Assembly (NCBI GenBank): GCA_050486385.1
Contig: JBJHDE010000006.1
Span: forward strand, 1-24,575
Reading direction: 5' to 3'
Origin: Planctomycetales bacterium
GTDB lineage: Bacteria; Planctomycetota; Planctomycetia; Pirellulales; Pb10988
DNA: 24,575 nt
Shown: positions 1-8,295 of the stretch, piece after piece
How positions within the stretch are numbered: position 1 is the first letter of the stretch
Layout of the letters: every line of letters begins with the position of its first letter
Made by a program: the position numbers and the translations under genes
The notes under the pieces: generated by a model
What the model saw: the letters and a program-made list of their open reading frames with translations, nothing else
Told to the model about the DNA's origin: nothing
The model's database searches: none

Positions 1-3000
1 TACGACGCGGATATGGTCCTGAGCCGGTTGACATGGGGCTCAAACGCCCGGCCCCTGGACGGGCGTCTCGATCAGGTGGCGATCTACGATGCGCCGCTCA
101 CGGCCGCCCAGATCCAGGCCCACTACGCCGCGGCCACGGCCACGACCAACGTGATGCTCAACCACAGCGGCAACAACTTCAATACGGTGGGCGTGGCCAA
201 CGGCGGCGACGTGTGGTTCACCAGCAGCACCGGCATGACGCTGGGCACCTCCAGCATCGAGGGCACGCTGACCCTGGAGTCCAACCAGGCCATCGACCAA
301 AGCGGGGCCCTCAGCGGGTCGGGCGGACTGACCAAGCGGGGCACCAACACCCTGACGCTTGACCAAGACAACAGCTACCAGGGCGATACCGTTCTGCAAG
401 AGGGCTACATCCGCGTGGCCCACGACAACGGGCTGGGGGCCGCCGGCACGACCTGGAACACAACCGACACGGCCATCATTCTGGAAGACGGCGTCACCGT
501 CACCGGCGAGACCCTGCAAGCCCAAGGCTCCGGTGGCACCCCCGTCCAGTTCCGCGGCGCGCTTTTCGCCGACACCGGGGCCACGGCCGAGTGGGCGGGC
601 GACATCTTCATCAACGATGACAACACTCGCATCGGCACCCGGGCCAATGCCACCTTGATCGTCAGTGGCAATATCCACAACGGTACGCATAACTTTGTGG
701 GCATCAGCGCCGACCAGAACACCGGCACCGTGGTGCTCAGCGGCACCAACAACACCTACACCGGTGTGACCCGCATCGTCCGCGGCACCTTGCAACTGGG
801 GGGCGACAATGTGCTGCCCACCGGCACCGTGCTGCGGATCAACCATTTCAATATCAACGAGACCTCGACGTTCGACCTCAACGGCTTCAACCAGACCCTC
901 GCCGGCCTGGATCGGACCGGCACCAGCGGCTCGGCGATCGTCAACAACACCGGCAACGCCGAGTCGACACTGACGTTGGCCGGCACCCAGCAGTGGACCT
1001 ACAACGGGGTGATCACCGACGCCAGCCAGGCCCTGCATCTGGTGGTAGCCGGAGTGACCCAGGAATTGACCGGCACCCTGACTTACACCGGCACGACCAC
1101 CGTCGAGACCCACGAGTTCCTGCACGATGACTTTGAAGCTTACGACTTGGGTGTCGTGCAGACCGGCGTGACCGGTGGCGTGTGGAACGGGTCGGGCACC
1201 GGTTTCGCCCGCATCGCCGAGGTCAGCGACAACCAGATCCTGGAGTTCGGCTGGAGCAACAATTTCCGCGGTGCCCACCGGGCCCTCGATGGCGGTATCC
1301 CCGCCAACGGTTCCGGTATTGTGTCCATGCGGATTCAGAACACCTCCGCGAATACGGCCTACTACGGTGTGACCAACGTGGGCAACCCGCCCACCTCCAC
1401 CAACATGACCTTCGAGGTCGCCCAGAGCCAATATCGGGCGATGGTGGCCCTGGTGGACGGCGGTGGGGGAACGCTCAACCTGCAGGCCCTGGACGGCACC
1501 AACATGGTGACCCTGGCGACGGGGCTGAGCGTCGGTCAGTGGTACGACATCGACTTGGTGATCGACAACGCCAACAATCGCTACGATGTGTATGTCGATG
1601 GCCAGAGGGTCAACACGACGCCACTCGACTTCCGGCAGTCGGTGTCCGGCGGTCTCAACCGCTTCTATGTCACTGGGGCAGGCGCGGAGTTTGTCGGACG
1701 GGTGGATGACATCCGCGTGGCCCAGGGCGGCAGCCTTTTGGTCAACACCACGCACACCGGCGGTGGCGACTACTATGTCGAATTGGGTGGCACGCTGGGC
1801 GGCAACGGCACGCTGGACCTGGCCAGCGGCAGCGGGCTGGTGGTCGATGGCACGCTCAACCCTGGCGATCCGGCCACCAACAATGGCGTTGGCACGCTGG
1901 ACCTGGTGGGCGATGCGACCATCAACGGCACCCTGGTCATCGATGTCAACGGCAGCGAGGTCGATGGCCTGACCGTCACCGGGACCGTCACGATTGGTGC
2001 CGATGCCGAGCTGTTCTTCAACGTGATCAGCGATCCCACCGAGTCGCTGATCACGCTCATCGACAACCTGGGCAACGACCCCGTGGTCGGCCAGTTCTTG
2101 GGGCTCGACGATGGCGACGAGGTCAGCGTCGGCGACCGGACCTACCGCATTTTCTACAACGGCGGCGACGGCAACGACGTGGTGCTGGTCGACGTGACGC
2201 CCCCGTCGGTGGTCTACGTGTATGCCGACTGGGCCCAGCCGGGCGGGCCGAGCCTGGGCGAGGTCGTCGACGGCGACCTGGAAGCCCCGGGCGTGCAGGA
2301 GGCCATCTTCGGGGTCTCGGCCTTCAGCACCATCAATGCGGCCATCGCGGCGCTCGACCCCGATCAGCCGGGCACGATCATTATTAACGCCGGCCTGTAC
2401 AACGAGACGGTCGTGCTGCCCGATACGCAGTCGATCGACGTGCTGTTCGTTTTTGGCGACAGCTTGATCGACGCGCTGACGGCTGCGGCCAATCACACCC
2501 TGGCCTTGGGCGGCTTCGATACTGATCACACCACCCCGGTCACCCTGACGCTGGGGAGCGGCAGCATCGCCGGCAGCATCTCGGGCACGGGCGGCATCAC
2601 CCTGACCGGTGGCGAGTTGACCCTGGCCGGGGCCAACAGCTACGAGGGCGAAACCCTCGTCGCCGCGGGACGGCTGATCGTGGCCCATGACCAGGCCCTC
2701 GGGGCCACCACCGGTGGCACGACCGTGGCCAACGGGGCCACATTGCGGCTGGCCGACGGCGTGACCGTCACCGGCGAACACCTGACCATCAACGGCACCG
2801 GCGGCGGCGTGGATGCGGGCGATAACCGGGGCGCCGTGCAGGCGGCCGCCGGGGCCACGGCCGAATGGGCCGGCGACATCCTGCTGGGTTCGCAGGACGC
2901 GTGGGTAGGCGCCCTCGATGGCGGGACGCTCATCGTCAGCGGCACCATCGACGATGGCCCCAACACCTTCCATCTGGTGATCAGCGCCTACAGCGAGACC

Positions 3001-6000
3001 GGCACCGTGGTCCTCAGTGGGACCAACACCTACGGCGGCAATACCGATATCGGCGGCGGCAACCTGGTGCTGGGCAGCTCGACCGCACTGCCGACCGGCA
3101 CCCTGGTCCAGCTCAACCGGTTCAACCTCAACGAGACCTCGCGGCTGGACCTCAACGGCTTCGATGCCACCATCCGAGGCCTGACCCGCGGCGGAGCCAA
3201 TGGGCAGTCGATCGTGACCAACCTGGGCAGCTCGGAAGCCACGCTGACGCTCAACGACTCGGACGATCACTCCTACTTCGGCATCATCACCAACGGCGCG
3301 AATGCCCTGAACCTGGTCAAGAGCGGCGAGGGTGCCCAGACGCTGGGCGGCGCCAACAGCTACGACGGCACCACCACCATCAACGCCAACGCCAGCCTGA
3401 TCATTGCCCACGACACGGCCCTGGGCACCAGCGTCGGCGAGGTGTTCGTCATGAACAACGGCCGGCTGGAACTCCGCGACAGCATCACCGTCACCGATCA
3501 AACGATCACCATCATCGGCAATGGTGGCGACTTCCTGAGCGCGATGCGGAGCATCGATGGAACCAATGTCTGGGATGGCACGGTGATTCTGGGGGCCAAC
3601 AACGCCCGGATTGGCGCCAGCAATGGCAGCTCGCTGGAGATTGCCGGCAACATCATCGACAACGGCACCAACCGCTCCCTGCAGATCCGCACCGACGGCA
3701 ACACCAATAGCCACGTGATCCTCAGCGGCAGCGGCAACACCTACGGCGGCAACACCGATGTGGTCGTGGGCCGCATGATCTTGGGTGGCGACAACGTGCT
3801 GCCCACCAGCAGCGTCTTGCGGATTGGCAACGATTCGAATACCAGCTTCGCGACGGTGGACCTCAACGGCTTTGAGCTGACCGTGGCCGGCCTGGTGGAC
3901 CTCGGCACCACGATGGCGCAGACCGTTACCAACACCGGCCCCAACGACGGCGTGCTGACGATTGCCAGCGCCGGGGACTTCACCTACGGCGGATTGCTGA
4001 CCGACGGCGGCGACGGGCAACTGTCGCTGGTCAAGCAGGGCAGTGGCGTGCAGACGCTGGCCAATGTGGCCCACGGCTACCGCGGCAGCACCCGGATCGA
4101 AGGCGGCACGCTGGCCCTGACCGGTAACGCCGCGATCGACACCACCAGCCGCATTGCCGTGTCGGGCGGGGCCCTGTTCGACGTCTCGGGCCGCAGCGGT
4201 GGCAGCTACGCCTACGCCGGACCAATCAGCGGAACCGGCACCGTGGTCGGCGGCTTCGCGCTGCTGACCGATGGCTCGCTGTCGCCCGGCGAAGACGACG
4301 GGGCCGAGACCGGCACGCTCAACTTCCAGGGCGAATTGGCTTTCGACTCGGGTTCCACTTTCTTCGTGCAGCTCGATGGCATCAGCGACAACGACCAGGC
4401 CAACGTCAGCGGGGGCGTGAACCTCAACGCCGATGGCGGCTCGGGGGCGGTGCTCGACGTTGCGTTGAACTTCATCCCGGGCGTGGGCCAGGTGTTTGTG
4501 ATTGTCACCAACACCAGCGGCGCCCCGGTCACCAGCACCTTCGCGGGTCTGGCCGAAGGCGACCTGTTCACCGTCGACGGGATCACCTTTGCCATCACCT
4601 ACCTGTACGATGCGGCCACCCAGAGCTTTGGCACGGGCAACGACGTCGCGCTGGTCGTGCCGTCGACGCAGATTGTCGAGGGCACCGACGGCGACGACAT
4701 CATTCACATTTACAACTCGGCCGATGGCAGCGAGGTGCTGGTCTCGATTGGTGGATCGATTGTGTTCCAGTTGGCCGCCGCTGGCCTGAACACCCTGATC
4801 GTGGATGCCAAGGACGGCGACGATGTGATCTTTATCGAGAACCCGACCGGCCCCAGCGATGACGATGGCCGCAGCGAGTTTGTCATGCCCGATGGCGGCC
4901 TCGAAATCCGCGGCGGCGGGGGCACGAATTCGCTCTCGATCAGCGACCATGTGCGGCTGGGCGGCGGGTCCCTGTTCGGCGGCTTCACCGTCGAGAACGT
5001 GCAATCCATCGAACTGGCTGAGGCCGACAACGGGCTGGAGATCGAGAGCCACAGCCTGAGCTTCGATGGGGCGGTGACCTTGCAAACCGATGTGTCGGTC
5101 ACCACCGTGTCGGCCGAGTTCCTGAACACCATCGACCGCGATGCGAGCGAGCCCGGCCGCCTGACGATCACCAGCGACACGCTCGTGCTGGCCGGCGATG
5201 TCGGCGGGTTGGTGCCGCTGGACGGCTTGTCCCTGCACCTGGCCGAGAGCTTCGTGCTGGGTGTCGACGTCACGGCCACCGGCCGGATCGAAGTCGAAGT
5301 CGAGGGCGAACTGGAGATCGCCACCGGCCGGTTGCTGCGAAGCCTGGCCGACGAGATTGCCCTGGAGGCCAGCGAAGCCTTCGTGCTGCACGGGGCGGTC
5401 CGAGCCGCCAACGACGTGTGGATTGGCGTGGCCCTGGGGGCCGGCCCCGGCCCAGGCGGCCTGGTGCAGATTGAAGGCGCCGCCGAGAGCGACACCGCCG
5501 CGGTGCGGATTCACACCGGTCAGGGCGACGACACGATCCGCTACATCGACCAGGTCACCGGCTCGGTCGAGTTGATCATCGATTCGCTCGGCGGTGACAA
5601 CCTGGTCCACCTGGCAGGCACGCCGGCCAGCGGAACGGCCAGCATCACCCTGGGCGACGGCGACGACACAATCGTGCTGGGCAGCGATGGCGATTCCATG
5701 GACTCGCTGCACCTGGCCGTCAGCATCGATGCCGGTGCCGGCGAGAACCTGCTGGAACTCCGCGATCACGGTCAGTCCGACGCCCGGCACTACGTGGTCG
5801 ATGGCTCGCAGTTCACGCGGGACGGGGCCTTGAGCGTGGCGTTCGAGAACGTCGGCACGATTCAACTCAGCGGTGGCGGCGGCAACGACCAGTTGGACGG
5901 TCTGGCCCTGGCGGCCGACGTGCGCTGGGAGTACGCCACCGGCGGCGGCGACAACTCCGTCCACCTGGGCGCTCCCGGCAACGCGGTGTTCACCGGACAG

Positions 6001-7353
6001 GGTCAGTTGAGCGGGCTGCTGGGCGAGTTTGTCCTCACCGGCGGCAGCGGCAACAACACCCTCAACCTGGACGACACCGCCGCGTCGAGTGCGACCCAAG
6101 GCAGCTTGAGCCACGACCAGCTCAGCGGCTTCGGAACCGGCGGCGTCAGCTACACGGGCTTCAGCAGCTTGAACCTGCACCTGGGCAGCGGCGACGACGA
6201 ACTGACCCTGCTGAGCACGGCCAACGGCACGTCGACGCTGATCAACACCGGTCTGGGCGACGATACCGTGGCCCTGGGCATCGACGACATGAGCCACCGC
6301 ATCCAGGCCAGCATCACTTCGCCTGGCGGCAGCAACACCCTGAGCTTTGCCAACAGCATGGCCACGGTCATGGACCTCGACGCCACCTCGGCCCAGGTCG
6401 TCAACGCCCGGGGCGATGAACTCACGATGCTCACGCCGTTTGCCAACGCGATTGGCAGCCCCGAGGCCGACCTGTTCTACATCAGTCCTTGGATGGACAT
6501 GCCGCGGAATGTCGACGGCGGACCGCCGCACCCGGTGGGCCAACCCGACCTGGACGGCAATTTCCCCTCGGGCGACCGGCTGGTCATCGACTCGCTGGGC
6601 AACAGCTACGCCTTGAGCCGCTTCCTGGGCGATGGCGTATTCACGGCCGATCTGCCCGGTGGAGCCGGCACGTTTGCCCCGTTGTCATTCCAGAGCATCG
6701 AGATCCTGGAGGTTGCCAACCAGGTGGATCTTCGCGGTCTGCCGTTCGACACCCAACCGGACATCGGGGCGTTCCAGGCCCTGGGCTTTGGCGTGCCGGT
6801 GCCGAGCGAGTTTGTCGGCGACGGCCTGCTGGACACCGCCGGCCGAGCCCCTTCGACCGACGATCCGCTGGCCCGCAGTGGCACCTCGAGCGGGGCCTCG
6901 GGCGAAGAGGCCGTCGTTGTGGTGCTGTACCGCATCACGCCCGAGGGCTTTGCCGTTCCGCTGGCCAGTGCCGGTGGCGACACCCTGGACGAAGCCATTG
7001 GCCAGCTTGAAGGCGTGACCTTGCCGCCGGGCGAGTACCGTCTGCAAGTGACCGTCGAGGGCGAGGAAGTTGCCGTCAGCCTGCCCGAGCCAGCCGGCGA
7101 CGATGGCGAATGGACCACCGAGCAGGTGCAAGAAGTGCTCGAGAGCTTGCAGCAAGAACTCTCGGAGTTGGGCGTCGAGATGTTCGAAACCAACGGCGAC
7201 GACGACCTTGGCCCCATGCCACTGGAGCCCGGCGCCACGGCTGCCGCCGCCGCCCTGTTGGCCGCCGCCGCGGTCCGCCGACTCGAACGTCGTCAGCGGG
7301 ACGAAGCCAACTGGTCGGATCGTCTCGACCAGTTGTTCGCCTCGATGAACTGA
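1..7353 (+). CDS. Giant surface/adhesin-like protein with autotransporter-associated beta-strand (PATR-like) repeats, ConA/LamG-like domains and RTX-like repeats; 5' end lies outside the window
   Basis: Frame 1 is open from base 1 (tac gac gcg gat atg) to TGA at 7351-7353, so Met at 13 is probably internal. Begins with LamG-type tail LDGRLDQVAIYDAPLTAAQIQAHY; many (L)xKxGxGxxxLxGxNxYxGxTxI/V repeats; two GGDGNDVVL/GTGNDVAL motifs (nt ~2161, ~4630); GxGDDTI/V repeats in the C-terminal third; strong GC3-type codon bias. Confidence 0.9.
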   Translation, partial: YDADMVLSRLTWGSNARPLDGRLDQVAIYDAPLTAAQIQAHYAAATATTNVMLNHSGNNFNTVGVANGGDVWFTSSTGMTLGTSSIEGTLTLESNQAIDQSGALSGSGGLTKRGTNTLTLDQDNSYQGDTVLQEGYIRVAHDNGLGAAGTTWNTTDTAIILEDGVTVTGETLQAQGSGGTPVQFRGALFADTGATAEWAGDIFINDDNTRIGTRANATLIVSGNIHNGTHNFVGISADQNTGTVVLSGTNNTYTGVTRIVRGTLQLGGDNVLPTGTVLRINHFNINETSTFDLNGFNQTLAGLDRTGTSGSAIVNNTGNAESTLTLAGTQQWTYNGVITDASQALHLVVAGVTQELTGTLTYTGTTTVETHEFLHDDFEAYDLGVVQTGVTGGVWNGSGTGFARIAEVSDNQILEFGWSNNFRGAHRALDGGIPANGSGIVSMRIQNTSANTAYYGVTNVGNPPTSTNMTFEVAQSQYRAMVALVDGGGGTLNLQALDGTNMVTLATGLSVGQWYDIDLVIDNANNRYDVYVDGQRVNTTPLDFRQSVSGGLNRFYVTGAGAEFVGRVDDIRVAQGGSLLVNTTHTGGGDYYVELGGTLGGNGTLDLASGSGLVVDGTLNPGDPATNNGVGTLDLVGDATINGTLVIDVNGSEVDGLTVTGTVTIGADAELFFNVISDPTESLITLIDNLGNDPVVGQFLGLDDGDEVSVGDRTYRIFYNGGDGNDVVLVDVTPPSVVYVYADWAQPGGPSLGEVVDGDLEAPGVQEAIFGVSAFSTINAAIAALDPDQPGTIIINAGLYNETVVLPDTQSIDVLFVFGDSLIDALTAAANHTLALGGFDTDHTTPVTLTLGSGSIAGSISGTGGITLTGGELTLAGANSYEGETLVAAGRLIVAHDQALGATTGGTTVANGATLRLADGVTVTGEHLTINGTGGGVDAGDNRGAVQAAAGATAEWAGDILLGSQDAWVGALDGGTLIVSGTIDDGPNTFHLVISAYSETGTVVLSGTNTYGGNTDIGGGNLVLGSSTALPTGTLVQLNRFNLNETSRLDLNGFDATIRGLTRGGANGQSIVTNLGSSEATLTLNDSDDHSYFGIITNGANALNLVKSGEGAQTLGGANSYDGTTTINANASLIIAHDTALGTSVGEVFVMNNGRLELRDSITVTDQTITIIGNGGDFLSAMRSIDGTNVWDGTVILGANNARIGASNGSSLEIAGNIIDNGTNRSLQIRTDGNTNSHVILSGSGNTYGGNTDVVVGRMILGGDNVLPTSSVLRIGNDSNTSFATVDLNGFELTVAGLVDLGTTMAQTVTNTGPNDGVLTIASAGDFTYGGLLTDGGDGQLSLVKQGSGVQTLANVAHGYRGSTRIEGGTLALTGNAAIDTTSRIAVSGGALFDVSGRSGGSYAYAGPISGTGTVVGGFALLTDGSLSPGEDDGAETGTLNFQGELAFDSGSTFFVQLDGISDNDQANVSGGVNLNADGGSGAVLDVALNFIPGVGQVFVIVTNTSGAPVTSTFAGLAEGDLFTVDGITFAITYLYDAATQSFGTGNDVALVVPSTQIVEGTDGDDIIHIYNSADGSEVLVSIGGSIVFQLAAAGLNTLIVDAKDGDDVIFIENPTGPSDDDGRSEFVMPDGGLEIRGGGGTNSLSISDHVRLGGGSLFGGFTVENVQSIELAEADNGLEIESHSLSFDGAVTLQTDVSVTTVSAEFLNTIDRDASEPGRLTITSDTLVLAGDVGGLVPLDGLSLHLAESFVLGVDVTATGRIEVEVEGELEIATGRLLRSLADEIALEASEAFVLHGAVRAANDVWIGVALGAGPGPGGLVQIEGAAESDTAAVRIHTGQGDDTIRYIDQVTGSVELIIDSLGGDNLVHLAGTPASGTASITLGDGDDTIVLGSDGDSMDSLHLAVSIDAGAGENLLELRDHGQSDARHYVVDGSQFTRDGALSVAFENVGTIQLSGGGGNDQLDGLALAADVRWEYATGGGDNSVHLGAPGNAVFTGQGQLSGLLGEFVLTGGSGNNTLNLDDTAASSATQGSLSHDQLSGFGTGGVSYTGFSSLNLHLGSGDDELTLLSTANGTSTLINTGLGDDTVALGIDDMSHRIQASITSPGGSNTLSFANSMATVMDLDATSAQVVNARGDELTMLTPFANAIGSPEADLFYISPWMDMPRNVDGGPPHPVGQPDLDGNFPSGDRLVIDSLGNSYALSRFLGDGVFTADLPGGAGTFAPLSFQSIEILEVANQVDLRGLPFDTQPDIGAFQALGFGVPVPSEFVGDGLLDTAGRAPSTDDPLARSGTSSGASGEEAVVVVLYRITPEGFAVPLASAGGDTLDEAIGQLEGVTLPPGEYRLQVTVEGEEVAVSLPEPAGDDGEWTTEQVQEVLESLQQELSELGVEMFETNGDDDLGPMPLEPGATAAAAALLAAAAVRRLERRQRDEANWSDRLDQLFASMN

Positions 7354-7377
7354 CGCCTGCCAACGTCTGGCCGTTGC

Positions 7378-7622
7378 CTGCAAAGGTTTACGAACAAGCC
7401 AAGAGGCACCGGGAGGCTCAGCACGGGGAACAGGTTGAACCGCCAAGACGCCGCCAAGAGCGCGAAGACGTCGTGTCCCACCTTCGCGTTCTTCGCGGTT
7501 CGTTCTCCTGATTCCGGCAGTCGATGCCGAAATGGATCGCGTGACTCAGGGTGGTTTGTTTAGCGCGATTGGACAACTGGGTCCAACTGTCTGATGTCCG
7601 CACTGTTCGAAGACTTGCGCAG
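7378..7622 (+). mobile_element. Dispersed ~245 bp repeat, copy A (MITE-like, non-coding)
   Basis: Colinear similarity to the reverse complement of 12739-12993 along its whole length; ends 7378-7396 (ctgcaaaggtttacgaaca) and 7604-7622 (tgttcgaagacttgcgcag) are imperfect inverted repeats (14/19 by hand count); central hairpin aagagcgcgaag...cttcgcgttctt. Repeat is directly visible, mobility is inferred. Confidence 0.6.
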
Positions 7623-7782
7623 GGAGCAGTAGCAGCGGCGGTCCCGCGGGCGTCGGCTATGGGCTCGATTCCCACCGAGGCGAACCCCGCCGCTCGGGCA
7701 AGGCTCTTGACCGTGGGAAGGACCAGCCGCCAGCGATGCCGTGTCGTCTGGGGAAGCAGTATCGTCTTGGGGGGTATGCCGA

Positions 7783-8025
7783 TCAGTAATCGGTCCGAGA
7801 CAGGCCGGCGATGGTGCCCAGAAACAGGCCGATGATGCAGCCAATGGCCACAATGATGAACTCGCCGGGGATGAGTTTCGTCAGCGGGATGCCGACGAAG
7901 GTGCTGAACTGCATGTCGAAGAACTGGATCATCCCGACGACGTTGAGCCAATTGTAAAGCCAAAAGACGTAGCCCAGGATGCCGCCGAAAATCAGGCCAG
8001 CGATGCTACTGGTCTTGTCGTTCAT
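7783..8025 (-). CDS. Small two-TM membrane protein (80 aa), hypothetical
   Basis: ATG at 8025 gives [27 protein letters not shown]...[25 protein letters not shown] with two hydrophobic segments; divergent from mnmG. ORF-track start at 8100 looks too long. Confidence 0.7.
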   Translation of the reverse strand: MNDKTSSIAGLIFGGILGYVFWLYNWLNVVGMIQFFDMQFSTFVGIPLTKLIPGEFIIVAIGCIIGLFLGTIAGLSRTDY

Positions 8026-8295
8026 AATGGCGAAGCCTGCAATTGCCGAGGGTCCGGGCCACCGTGGTTGTCTGAAGAGACTGGTCCTGGGGCCCGCCAA
8101 GGGACGGATGGGAGGAATCGAGCGTTGGCCAAGCCGCCGGCCTTCCGCGACCGACCCTCGACGTTATCCTGCAGAGAAGACCGACGCCGAACCGCCCCAA
8201 AATTGAATCGAATAATCCGAGCCGCGGGCTGCCTACCGCGGTTCTTGAATCATCAACCCGATGGCCCGGGAAATCAAGCCTATTCACCGCCTGCC

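Noticed and set aside
40-6543. 2167 aa ORF on the minus strand
   Set aside because: Lies antisense to the giant surface protein; stop-free antisense frames are expected with strong GC3 bias; translation is Arg/Ala/Val/Gln-rich with no recognisable motif.
7741-8295. 185 aa N-terminal extension of the mnmG ORF
   Set aside because: MnmG homology starts at [15 protein letters not shown] (8296); the extension is low-complexity and overlaps the antisense membrane-protein gene.
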